This document shows positions 13,690 through 25,650 of a DNA stretch of 64,000 bases, piece after piece; within the stretch, counting starts at the first letter, position 1; the number at the start of each line of letters is the position of its first letter. Position numbers and translations under genes: made by a program. Origin of the DNA: Mytilus californianus (lineage: Eukaryota); contig NW_026262745.1 of assembly GCF_021869535.1 (NCBI RefSeq), forward strand, positions 27,404,001-27,468,000, given 5' to 3'. The notes beneath the pieces were generated by a model that saw only the letters and a program-made list of their open reading frames with translations, did not search any database and was not told the DNA's origin.

Positions 13690-13900
13690 TTTTAACCTGA
13701 TTTTCGAAGTAAAAATCGGTTATTGATTTGTTGATATACGGCGGGAGGGGGGGGGGCGGGCAGGCGGCTGCCAAACAGTGTACGTTCATTTACATGAAAA
13801 CGCTTTGAAGAAATTTTTTCAAATTTAGATATGTTGTTTCCTGTGACTAAATGAAGGTCAAGTTCAATTTTCACGATTTTAGCTTTTCTCGTTGTTCAGT
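13690..13900 (+). mobile_element. 5' part of another HINE-like element with a (GGCG)/G-rich tract
   Basis: T-run then palindrome taacctgatttt...aaaaatcggtta, G-rich microsatellite; 3' end not found. Confidence 0.4.
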
Positions 13901-14082
13901 TATAGCCCTTTCACAAGATTTCAATTTTTGATGAATTAATCCATTTCTGTACAACTCATGTTTTAAAAGATTTTTGAAAGACATTGTATAAATGATAAAT
14001 GATATTTTGGATTTTTTTTCTTTTCTTTGGTAAATTGTTTGAAGAATTTTGTGGTAGGTTTGTTAACTTATTTTCTGAATGC

Positions 14083-14113
<31 letters not shown>

Positions 14114-15276
14114 TATGAAGTGAACTCCTTTAATTAGATAATATATATTTTTATTAAAGGAGATATTTCATTACATTAAATTTTTGTTGTGTGTGTTAAT
14201 TTTGATTTTTTCTTGATCCTGTTAGGGGTTCAAGATTTGCAAATTCATTAGATAATAATCTTTTTTATTAAAGGATATATTTCATTACATTACATTGTGC
14301 AGATAAATGATAGCTAAGTTGCAGATCTATATTAGTTTGTTGCAAATGAAAGAAAAAATATTGGGAACTATTAACTATATATATAAAGTGTGATTACACT
14401 AAGTGGTTTTAAATAATGTTCACCTTTTATCAAGACAACACACCATCTGGTAATTATCAATCACCCAATTATAATATTTGAATAAAATTTGAAAATAAAT
14501 ATAACATCATATCTAATTACATCATATCTAATTTTAGAGAATTATGGTTATATCATGTTTAATTTTAGATTTACATTATTGGTTCATGGACATAAAGTTT
14601 GAGTTATTTCCCTCTGAACAGAAATAGTTTAACTATTAAAGCAGTATTTCATCAAAAGTTGAATTTTTGGGGTTCTTTGATATGCTGATTCTAGCAACGT
14701 ACTTAGATTTTGGATATTTGACCATAATAGGTAAATGTCCAATTTCAATTTTTTTCAGCTCTTTGACCACATTTATTTTTGTCACAAACCTATGCTGTAT
14801 CAAATATTCAATCACAATCCAAATGCAGAGCTGTTTTAAGCTTAAATGTTGTGTCCATACTTGCTCAACTGTTCAGGGTTCGACCTCTGTAGGAAAATCC
14901 GGTTTGCTGTCTCTCTGACAGCCTCTTGTTATATTCTTTGCAGCAAACATAATATATCCTAATTGCTGACGTCGAGAACGACTGAATTGATGATTGCCAT
15001 ATCTTGCCGGTGTGACATAAATGTCATAGGAACTAGTTTGTAGAACTGGTTCGATTAGCATTTGATTATAATTGTTGTGCTAGTACTGCACGAATATTTA
15101 TTTGACGCTATTACGGGTACGGTTCTATAGTCATATATACTTCAGATACTTGCATAGTATTATCGGGATGCTCACAGCAACTTCACGTTCTTCATAGTTA
15201 CAATACATTCTTTACATTATATTGAATTGATTTAGTGTTGAATATCTAGATGAGTGTTTGTTTGAAGATATTTAGA

Positions 15277-15610
15277 GATAGGAGGATGTGGTATGAGTGC
15301 CAATGAGACAACTCTCCATCCAAGTCACAATTTGTAAAAGTAAACCATTATAGGTCAAAGTACGGTCTTCAACACGGAGCCTTGGCTCACACCGAACATC
15401 AAGCTATAAAGGGCCCCAAAAATGACTAGTGTAAAACCATTCAAACAGGAAAACCAACGGTCTAATCTATATAAAAAACGAGAAACGAGAAAAACTTATG
15501 AAGCACATCAACAAACGACAACGGTTACCACTGAACATCAGGTTCCTGACTTAGGACAGGTGCAAACAAATGCAGCGAGTTTAAACGTTTTAATAGGTAC
15601 CAACCTTATT
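15277..15610 (-). repeat. Dispersed repeat B; other copies 13087-13350, 27842-27965, 45848-46060
   Basis: gatgtggtatgagtgccaatgagacaactctccatcc...ataggtcaa...gctataaagggcccc repeated. Confidence 0.8.
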
Positions 15611-15718
15611 TGTATTTTTTTTATAGAAGTTGCATTGCAGTTACCAAGTCTACTCTTTGACCTACCTCTTATTTAGCCTTGTAGAAAGATGATTAGAAAT
15701 GTTTTAAATCTGGACTAA

Positions 15719-16432
15719 TTTTTATACACCCGTCAAATTTTTGACAGGACGTATTATGATATACAAATGTCCGGCGTCCTTCCGTCTGTCTGTCCGTCCG
15801 TCTGTCTGTCCGTCTGTCTGTCTGTCCGTCTGTCTGTCCGGCGTAAACATGTCGCACCGTAACTTGAGAATGACTTATCCAAATTTCATGAAACTTAAGA
15901 TAGTTGTTTCTTATGATGGTCAAACGATCTGTACACTTTTTGGTGAAAATAAGATTAAAACTTTTTGAGTTACGGGACTTAGTAACTAAAACAGGTGTGT
16001 GTTTTTTTTTCACATGTCGCACCGTATCTCAAAAACAATTTATGATTATTGCTTAAAACTTTACACACTTCTTAGTTATATTAATCTTAAGATCTGTATA
16101 CTTTTTGGTGATGATTCAAAATTTTATTTTAGAGATATTGAGTATTTTGTTAAAAAAGGGGGAGGGGTTTTTCACATGTCGCGCCGTATCTCAAAAACGA
16201 TTTATGATTATTGCTTTAAACTTTACACACTTCTTAGTTATATTAACCTTAAGATCTGTATACTTTTTGGTGATTATTCAAAATTTTATTTTTGAGATAT
16301 TGAGTTTTTTGTAAAAAAAAAGGGGGGGTTTTCACATGTCATGCCGTATGTCAGAAACTATTTATGCTTATTGCATAAAAATTCACACACAAGACGACGG
16401 GCGTATCATGCGCTCATGGCGCAGCTGTTTAT
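15719..16432 (+). mobile_element. HINE family 2 with (GTCY)n tract and about 161 bp internal tandem repeats
   Basis: atacacccgtc / gacgggcgtat subterminal inverted pair, 5' palindrome, repeat units at 16011, 16173, 16333, 3' stem-loop then T-rich end. Confidence 0.8.
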
Positions 16433-16641
16433 TAAGTGTAGTTTTCTATCTGTGGTAATTTACCTTTCGTAAATACTCAAGTATTGATATACAACTGTAG
16501 AACTGAGTTAAAAGTGTCGTTTTAGTTAAAGAACTGAGTTAACAGTGTCGTTTGTTATGAGTCAATGAGACAATGAGACAACAACCAAAAAACAACTTGT
16601 AGTGTCATATTTGAGTTATTATATTTTTTTTTCTTCCGTAG

Positions 16642-16904
16642 GATGCTTTTAAAGAATGTCATAAAAAAGAAGGAAGTATGGACACCATAACAGGAAAATT
16701 GGACCAGATATGTCTGACAGAGGAAATGGCGGATGTGTTCTTCTCATTTCAAGGTGAAAATATAGTACGCATACCGGCTCATAAAATGATCCTTGCTTTG
16801 AGAAGTCCTGTTTTTAAGGCCATGTTCTATGGTAGCTTTCCACAAAGTGAAGGCGATATACGGATCGAAGATATCACACTGGAAACATTTAAAAGATTGG
16901 TGAA
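16642..16904 (+). CDS. BTB-BACK paralog A, coding exon 2 (N-terminal half of BTB)
   Basis: ADVFF...IPAHKMILALRSPVFKAMFYG is a BTB signature; acceptor ttcttccgtAG, donor AA|gtgagt (phase 2). Confidence 0.92.
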
Positions 16905-17157
16905 GTGAGTAGTCTACTATCTAAATAACACACACACAAACAGGATTTTGACAGTTTCAGGTTAAAATGAGGTACCTTATTATCTGTTTTGCCTGTATTT
17001 TTTATGGACATGTTTTCTTTGGCATTATTAAAAAGTCGCGTTATCAAAATAATGTCATTTAGTTGTTTGCAATTTTTACACACTACTACTTATTTAGTCT
17101 TATTTTCCTCCTTTGAATATTTATTATGAACAAAAGACTACAATGCAAAAAAATAAT

Positions 17158-17800
17158 TTAAGGGGCATTAGCTGTCAAATTCTTTTTCGCCAATTTAACC
17201 CAAGTTATGATATTTTATATATAATATACTAAAAACCAAGGCTGTTATTTGGTGTATTGTGAAAGAATAAGTAACGGTGGTCAAGTATTGCGATTAGATC
17301 GTGAAAGATCTGGTATATGATCGTGAAGGAAATCTTATGAGACAACGTCAGTAAATAATCTAATTTAATGATTTATACAATAAATATTGGAACAATTAAA
17401 ACTGTCTGTTAAATTGATTCAGCATTATTTTCAGTATCCGAGAAAATTTCAAAAACAGTTTAAAAGTACAACCGTTTTTACAAAGCTAAAAAAGTCAAAT
17501 TGCTTATCGAAATTTCACAGAAATTAAAAAATGTAAACAAACATGATTTTTTTTCATATTTTGAATGCATACACTACTTTTCTCTTAAAATGTAAAAATG
17601 TCGCTCCATATTACTGTTTAAAATGGTTCTTAAAGTTATTTTGTTTTAGTTTAATCAGAAACTTTGCAAAAATTGGAATATTTGTAAAAATTTTGCTATT
17701 TCGGATCATGAAAGATCGGGTAACGCTATTTGATGATCGTGAAAAGGATCGTGAAAGATCTGTTGCCGCTTTTTGTTATTGCAAAAATTCACTAAAACGA
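17158..17800. mobile_element. Possible Kolobok-like (TTAA-flanked) element with GATCGTGA motifs
   Basis: TTAA|GGGGCATT start, also at 12238; clustered gatcgtgaa; right terminus not found. Confidence 0.3.
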
Positions 17801-18929
17801 TCAATTCATTCTTTAAACATATGATCATTTATACTTGTAATTGGTATATCAAAAGATTTCATTTTCATGACTTATTCCGCTTCAGCTTTGTTTGTGAATT
17901 GTCCTATGATGGTTCAATGCCTGTGGATGTGATTATTTGACAATACCACACAAACTAGTTGCCCTATAACAATACAATATAAGTCCGTCTGTCCGTCCTG
18001 CATAAGTTTTATGTCGTATGAAAGGTTAAAATGGTCTCATCTGATTTCCATTAACTTTTATGCACAGTCATATTTATAAAACAAAGATCCTTGTTGATTT
18101 TTGTAAAAATTGGAAAAACAAAAACATTGTTAAAAAAAAACGCAACAAAACAACTGTCATATTCCTAACGTTGCACAGACATTTTCCTAAGAAACTGGTG
18201 GGTTAAACATGGTAACTAACTAATAGCTAAAGCTCCTACTTGTATGACAGTTGTTTTATGATCCGAAATATTGGCAAATTGGTTGATCAACCCAAACAGA
18301 CACAGACATAATTAGTTAACGTGGCCATAACTGGGATCCAGTAGCCAAAACTTTGTTAACATACATCACAGACTAGATTGGTTAACGTGACCATAACTTG
18401 AATCAAGCAGCCAAAACTGTGTAAGCATACACAAAGAAATACAACATAACTAAATTAAACGTTCAAACACATACAATTAAATCAAACAAAGACGCCAACA
18501 AAATGCTTGGTAGTTGATATTACAGCCAGTGTAGTAAAGCATAATGACATATACACTTTCCCGATAACATACAAAATATATTTACAAGGGTAAACAAAAT
18601 GAAAACACCACTATAAATACCTCATGTGTCCGAATCACATCTCTGGACACACCCGCATAGGGAATGCCAAAGGCAAAACATCTGAAATTGGATGCCATAT
18701 ATCGAAACACGTCAAGAGTCGTACAACCAAATGGAACATAATAATACAAATACAAATAAGGGAAAACTGTAAAGTAAATAAGTAGATACATTTTCCACAC
18801 TGAGTCAACACCTATAAACCAAGACCATCCTGTAATAATTGTGAAGTAGACATTGAATATGTATCTATTAGGACTTGGTACTTTTAAATGAACTTAGAAA
18901 TATATATAACATATACATATACAAATATA

Positions 18930-19866
18930 CATAAATCCTACTTTGTAAAAAATCACTCTGTTTCAAACAAAAAATTCTCTGAAACTGACAATATCAAGAT
19001 GCTTCATTTCTTGATTGACAACATATTTGTTACGTTTGGAAGACGTGTTTTTCAACAAACAATCACCATTCCCATGGGAACAAACTGTGCTCCTATTCTT
19101 TCCGACTTGTCCTTTTATTCATGTGAGGCTGACTCCATACAGGAACTTCTTAGGAAGAAAGAAAAAAAGTTAGCATTATCCTTTAACTTTACTTTCCGCC
19201 ATATAGATGATGTTCTCTCATCAGATACAGTTAAGTCTGCAACATATCTTGACTTACATCTAGAAATTGACAATGAGGGTTGGTTGAAAACAAAACTTTA
19301 CGACAATAGAGATGATTTCAGCTTCCCAATTGTGAACTTTCCATTTCTATGTAGCAACATTCCAGCAGCGCCTGCATACGGGGTATATATCTCCCAGTTG
19401 ATACGATATTCCAAGGCTTGTATTTCCTATCATGATTTCCTTGATAGAAGGTTGCTGCTCACAAGGAAGCTATTAAACCAAGAGTTTTAAGTGGTGAAGT
19501 TGAAATCATCCTTTCGTAAGTTTGTTGACCATTATCCTGGTTAAAGAATACCCGTTTCACAGATGATAGCGGATATGTTTCTAATGTCGTAACTACAATC
19601 CCTCCCCATTTCCCAAAAGTGACCTACCGAATTAGACTTATTACCGGGTTTGTATTAACACGAGCAACACGACGGGTGCCACATGTGGAGCAAGATCTGC
19701 CACTCTAAGATCACCCCCTGTTTTGGGGGGATTCGTGTCTTTAGTTTTCTATGTTGTGTTTTGTGTACTATTTTTTTTCTATTTTTCTTTTTCTTTTTTA
19801 GCCATGGCGTTGTCAGTTTATTTTCGACTTTTGAATGTCCCTCTGGTGTCTTCCGCCTCTCTTTTA
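18930..19866 (+). mobile_element. 5'-truncated PLE (family D): RT C-terminal half plus 3' UTR
   Basis: QQTITIPMGTNCAP, RHIDD, LKTKLYDNRDDFSFPIVNFP; internal deletion after IDDVLS; no C-terminal GIY-YIG. Confidence 0.85.
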
Positions 19867-21129
19867 GAATAGACATTCTTTTAAAAAAATCCTGGCTCGT
19901 TAATTTTTTTCTCACACACTGATGACGTTAATCAAATTCTAAGTAAGTAGCAGCTGCAAGCTCCTGTATATCGTATGAGTTCAGAAATGTATATTCTATA
20001 CGCGGATGAAGTTGGTAAATTGCTGCCAAGGTGAGGAACATTTATAATTTCAAAATTGAAAACATCTCATTTGTCATATACTGTGGTATTGAGATGACCG
20101 ATGTAGTCAAATTCAGTGTATATGTCTAACAATGATGATAAGGGAGCTGTATATGTGGTGTCTGTAATCTCAGGTTCAGGACTATTAATGGGACCCAATC
20201 AGAAAAGTTTGTATTATTAATGGAAAGTACATCTTCAATATACCTCTATGTAAAGCTAAATGATATAGCTGCTTTGATCTAACTCTTACGAAGAAAAAAA
20301 ACGTACACATTAAGATATTTCCAAGGTCTGACAATTGGTAAAAAATGTTGTTTTCTGATCACACCTTGTCTTTCACGATCTATATAAGGCGTTTCCTATT
20401 CTTTTTTCAAATAATAAAATTCTTTTATTTTGCTGGCCTATCTGACACACTAAATTTTAAATATATTATGATATGTTTTCTTGAAAAGTACTTCATTTTT
20501 CTTCAACGTAGTACACAGTATTATTAATGAAGTTGAATCATTTTGACAGACATAATTCTTTTTTCTGATATGTTCCGCCTTTTGAAAATAAAGCAGTTTT
20601 TTATAACAGATTTTGAAGTAGAATTACACTTAATTGCATTTACAATCCGATTCCAGATCTTTTACGATCCGATCGCAATTCTATTTCAGTGTAAGTTATT
20701 CTTTCGCGATTATTATTCTCGATATACCGAATGACACCCGTGAAAAGATATATACAAATTGCATAAGACAAAAAAAAAAAATTAGCAATACATGGACTCG
20801 CTATAATTTATCAGCATTTCATGCGTATTATAGACCAGATGCCTTCTAATTATCCATCGAGAGGACCACCGAAGACTGCCGACGGTCGTTTAATCCGATA
20901 TAAACATAAAATGAAATAGAAATAGATAGCGACCAAGTGCAATCTGATTTTTCTAGGTCTGTTTGATTTCATATTATATGTTAATACTATATGTAAAGCA
21001 TCGTGTTACCTGTATAAGAATGATTTTTATGGACCGGACTAGTCAACAAAACGGTCATTCCTAGTGTCTCCTTTGTTCCATATTTAAATGTTGACTTTTT
21101 TTTCATTTTTAATGATGACTCCTTATTAG

Positions 21130-21881
21130 AGTTATTGCCCTATAATGATGATTACCATTTTTTTGCATTTTTGCCTTATATCTTAGAAAAATCTTCTCCT
21201 CTAAATCTACTGAGCCAAATTTAACTAAACTTGGCCCCAATCATTATTAGAATATTTAGTTTAATAAATGTGTCCGATGTCTAAAAATGTTCATAATGAT
21301 GAGCTCTACCTGCTGTCTATCTACGTCAAAACCAACAGATATCATCTTACAGGATTTTCAACCCTTAAATGTCAAATTTTACCATTTACCAAAATTATCA
21401 GCAACAAATGATCTACAAACAAGGGAAATGGCTAAAATCGTCAGAGGACTCGTTACTCGAGTTTTTGTTCTTTAATGTCGATTTTTACCAATTGTTTTGC
21501 ATTTTTGTCTAATATCTTGAAAATTAAAAGAGATGTATAGGAACTTTAAATAGTAAAAATGATCAGACAAAATCTACCAAGAAGCCATCATGGCATAAAT
21601 CCTAAGTCGTTAGTGTAGTTTTTGCCGTTTAACATGTTTAAAAGAGGATTTTTATCATGTTTTTTTAGTTTTTGACTATCAGCTTGAAATGTTTGATAGA
21701 TACAAATGTAGATAGAAACTTTTAAAAGCAAATATGATCAGCAGGACAAGATCTACAAATATGTCAACATGACTGAATTTGTCTGTTTGTTAACTCTCTA
21801 TAGAGTTATTATATTTTCATGGTGATTATTACCAAAAAGGGGCCAATGTTGAAGATGCAGGTGAGTGACACAGGCTCTTTT
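21130..21881 (+). mobile_element. HINE family 1, partial old copy
   Basis: Core aaaatcttctcctctaaatctactgagccaaattt and 3' caggtgagtgacacaggctc. Confidence 0.5.
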
Positions 21882-22124
21882 GAAATATTCGGGTTTTGTT
21901 AACGTAACTACTATTAAGAAGATTAACATCAGACCTCTTGAAGACCCGATAATATCTGCTTTCTACATCCTTTCCTAATTTGGTATCACTTGTCGAAGGT
22001 TCTGCAAATAAACTATTGTAAAACAGTCAACTAATTGGTTGATTGTTGTTTCAGAAACGCCCGGTAGAACTAACACCAACGACTGATACAAAGTAATAGA
22101 AATAGCTTTCTTGTTCATAGCTTA

Positions 22125-22707
22125 TGCTCCCTTCACATACACAGAGTTTTCTTACGAGTCCTCACGGACCAGCTCGTAGTCAATGGCAAGCATCCGTAAA
22201 TAACACGCAACAATCCATAAAATGCGCGCATTATATTACTCTTAACAATTTTTTTACGATTTGTTTACGGATTATTTACGCGTAATTGCGAGTGCTTACG
22301 TGTTGCTTACGATTTTATTCTGGTCGTGCTATGTTGGCTTTACGGATTGTAATGAGTTATTACGAGAAATTCACGTGTAGTTACGAGTACTTTATGAATA
22401 CATATGTTTACGTTACGTATTTTTAACGATTTGCGGAAAGGTATATTAGCTGCAAAATGGTATGGACTCGTAAATACTCGTAACTATTAGTAAAATGCCC
22501 ATAAAGTTGCTCGTAGCTATCCGTGACAATTCGTAACAAATCGTGAACTTTTCCGTAAAGACATCGTTATAACTCGTAATAATCCGTAATAACCGTAAAT
22601 AGATCGTAACATCTCTAAAAATCGGTCGTAAAAGTCGTAAGGATCCGTGAATTTGTGAGTAGATCCGTAATGACTCGTTTGAAAAATCCATGTATGTGAA
22701 GGGGGCA
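22125..22707. mobile_element. MITE with about 25 bp TIRs and polarised TTACG/CGTAA internal motifs (Harbinger-like termini)
   Basis: tgctcccttcacatacacagagttttc versus reverse complement tgcccccttcacatacatggatttttc; flanks TTA / GTA. Confidence 0.65.
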
Positions 22708-22772
22708 GTAGTTGTAAATTCTTTTATTCTATACATTCAGTATAGTTAAATTGACTTTTTTAAATGTTTCAG

Positions 22773-23946
22773 ATATCTATATACCGATCATCTTCAGCTT
22801 AGCAAAAATTGCGTTATTCCTTTATTGTATACCGCTCAGAAGTATCAGATTGCAGGATTAATCTCAAAATGTGAGAATTATCTACAAGATAAATTAGCTG
22901 TTGATAATGCATGTACACTTTTCAGTCATGCAAAATTTTTCACAATGGCTAAACTTAGAACTAATGCACTCAAATTCATAGCAGATGATGCGATCGATGT
23001 GTTAAAACATGACGATTTTCTTTTGCTCCTATCAGAAGACTTAGTTGATATTCTTCAGCTTGATTCCCTTTGTGTACAAGAAGTAGATATAGTACGTGCA
23101 GTTCTTAAGTGGGTGGATCATAAACTGACCAAGTCCAAAAACAAAATCGACGGGAAATCAAGACGAGCCGTTCTTCTTAAAGATGGTATTCTATATACTA
23201 TGGCAATCCCTCTACTTTCCCTTGAGGAATACACGTCAGTTGTCATACCAAGTAGTATTTTGACAGACGAAGAGCAGCTACAGATTTTTAAAGCTATTAC
23301 AATTCCGAATAATCCATCAGCATGCGGAAAATTTAGTGTAAGTCCGAGAAAAGGAGGTAGGGTTGTGGAGGTGTTAGTTAACGATATAGTGTATCCAGGT
23401 AATAACCGGTCAGGTGATATCAATGACATCATGTTTTCTGAGTATTTGACTAATTTACAACCTGAAAATTTATCTGTGAAAGCAAACAAAAGAATCAAGA
23501 TTAAATCAGTTACCCTCAAACCACAATTCCAGCAACCAGGCCAGAATAACTGCAATTTTAAAGTTGATATTAAAACTGTTACCAGTGTGCAAAACATTCT
23601 TCCTAGAAGATCCAATATGTTTGACTTCCGCGAAGTTGAAAGTAGCGGTACTGAAACTGATGAAGGCACATTGAATGTAACTTTTGAAGGCAGAGCTTGC
23701 AAACTTCCAATTGACAAAGTTATTTCAGAAAATGAGAAATTAGTATTGACAATCAAACCGTGTATTCCTTTTGGATATTCTGATATGTGGGGAACAAACC
23801 AACACGTGATCCCGATCTTACCACAAAAATACCAACTGATAAATGGTATGATGTATCAACACGAGTTATCTCAACAAACAACTCTTTACTTGGCTCTTAC
23901 AGGCGGAAACTTAGTGGAAAGTTTTGAAGTGGTGGAAATTTGTTGA
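22773..23946 (+). CDS. BTB-BACK paralog A, last coding exon (rest of BTB, BACK, C-terminal domain); spliced CDS about 498 aa
   Basis: Acceptor tgtttcAG|A completes Lys, then YLYTDHLQLSKNCVIPLLYTAQKY, BACK motif QEVDIVRAVLKW; open to TGA at 23946. Confidence 0.93.
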
Positions 23947-25127
23947 AATATCTGAACAGTTATTCTGTTTACTGGACACATATAAATATCACAAACGTTT
24001 CCTTTGATAACTCTTTATCAGAATGGATTTTGACAATTCTATAATTCAAATACAGTTGTAACCTAAGTCAAATAAAAGTATATAAGAGATGTGGAGCATG
24101 CGCAAATAAATCATGCTGTAACTCAAGAACACAAGTTTGCCAAATGTTAACATGTAAACAAGTTTTTTTTCAAAATATTTAATGATTTAAAAAAGTGAGC
24201 ACAGCATGAGTTTTGCACACTGTTGAAAGTCGTACCTTGATCAAGCTACCATCTTCGTTATTTAGTCTCTGGTGGATAGTTGTCTCATTGACAACCATAC
24301 CGCATCTGCTTTTTATACAGGCACTTGTGACCTTCAAATATCTTAATTTAGAATGTAAGCTATACCTCAACCTTATCAGTCAGACCAAAGAAAAAATTCA
24401 TATTGTCAAGGGAATTTGTTAAAGAACAACGAAAACGTAATAATAATTCATCGAAAAACATTTATCTTTATTTTGGAAGAAAACTACATACCAATATATC
24501 GGAGCTCTGTCCCTTTTCTCCATTTTTTAACGCGGATTGTGTCCGAAATCCTTAGTTTTCTGTGTACAAATTTGTTTATATTTTCGTATTTTTCATTTTA
24601 ACATGGTTTCCCTCGTGATATTTTCCAGTCCGATTGAAAACTATTAATAAAGAAAAATAATGAGAGTTGCTTATTTCATCGCTAGACTTCTTTTTGTGCA
24701 TATCATAAACTTTTAATGCAAATAGACTATGTTTGGTTAACAAAGATCAACAACAATTACATTTGGCTAAATCCATGTGTTCTGTTTCTGTAGAATGATA
24801 TCATTACAAAGATGTTCAAAAAAAGTCAATTTCTAAAATGCTAAGTTATTGTTATTGTATAACGATCAAATAGCGGTAGAGAAATGAACAGCAGTTTGAT
24901 ATTCTAGTAGTATATTCAATTACGATACGTTTACATTAAGGACATATGTCATCAAGTTCACAGTAAATCAGTGAAATAGACATCCTTGACAGATAATAAA
25001 ATTCGTTTCAAAGACAGAAAAGTACTATGCTAAGGATCTTTCAGATGTTTTTCCCACTCTTGAGATCACCTCCTACCTTTAATTTGATATCCATCTACAT
25101 TTGAACACTTGCTTTTATATTTTTTGA

Positions 25128-25650
25128 TAGAGAGGAGAAAGATACCAAAGGGATATTCAAAATCATAAGTCGAAAATAATCTGAGAATACCATGGCATAA
25201 ACAAAGAAAAAAAAATTAAAACAATAAACAACAGTATGCAAAACACAACATAGAAAAACTAAAGACTGGGCAACTCGAACCCCATCAAAATCCGAATGTG
25301 ATCTCAGGTGCTCTGACAGGGTAAGCATATCCTGCTCCACATGTGCCACCTGTTGCTTTGCTCATGTAGGTACAAACCCGGTGATAAGTAATTCCGTAAG
25401 TTACATTCGAGGAATAGAGGATGCGATTGTGGCTACGACAATTGGAACATAGGCGTCGTCACCTGTGAAACCGATACTCCATATCGGTCAACTAACTCGT
25501 GATGGTGTTCGTAAAATTTTCGAAGGAAAGATTTCGACTTCACAACTGGGAACTCTTGGTTTGATAGCTTCATACAATCAGCAACCCTCTTTCAAGGAAA
25601 TGATGATAGGAAATACAAGCTCTGGAATATCGTAATAACTTGGAGATATA
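25128..25650 (-). mobile_element. PLE family D 3' fragment; homologous-position copy at 42825-43320; shorter 3' fragments at 611-750, 7042-7277, 27151-27348, 32066-32285
   Basis: Shared gataccaaaggga.attcaaactcataagtcgaaaa...gatctcaggtgctc blocks. Confidence 0.7.

Noticed and set aside
15693-16314. Several ORFs also repeated at 48962-49641
   Set aside because: Translations of HINE tandem repeats and microsatellite
19560-19630. ATGA in the family D 3' UTR as a possible SECIS
   Set aside because: Could not form helix II or a matching GA core, and no TGA-for-Cys codons in the family D fragments present
23118-23756. 212 aa - strand ORF
   Set aside because: Antisense shadow of the BTB last exon
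16678-23946. Assigning a gene symbol such as BTBD3 or BTBD6
   Set aside because: BTB-BACK resembles that family, but the PHR domain is not recognisable and the genes look lineage-specific
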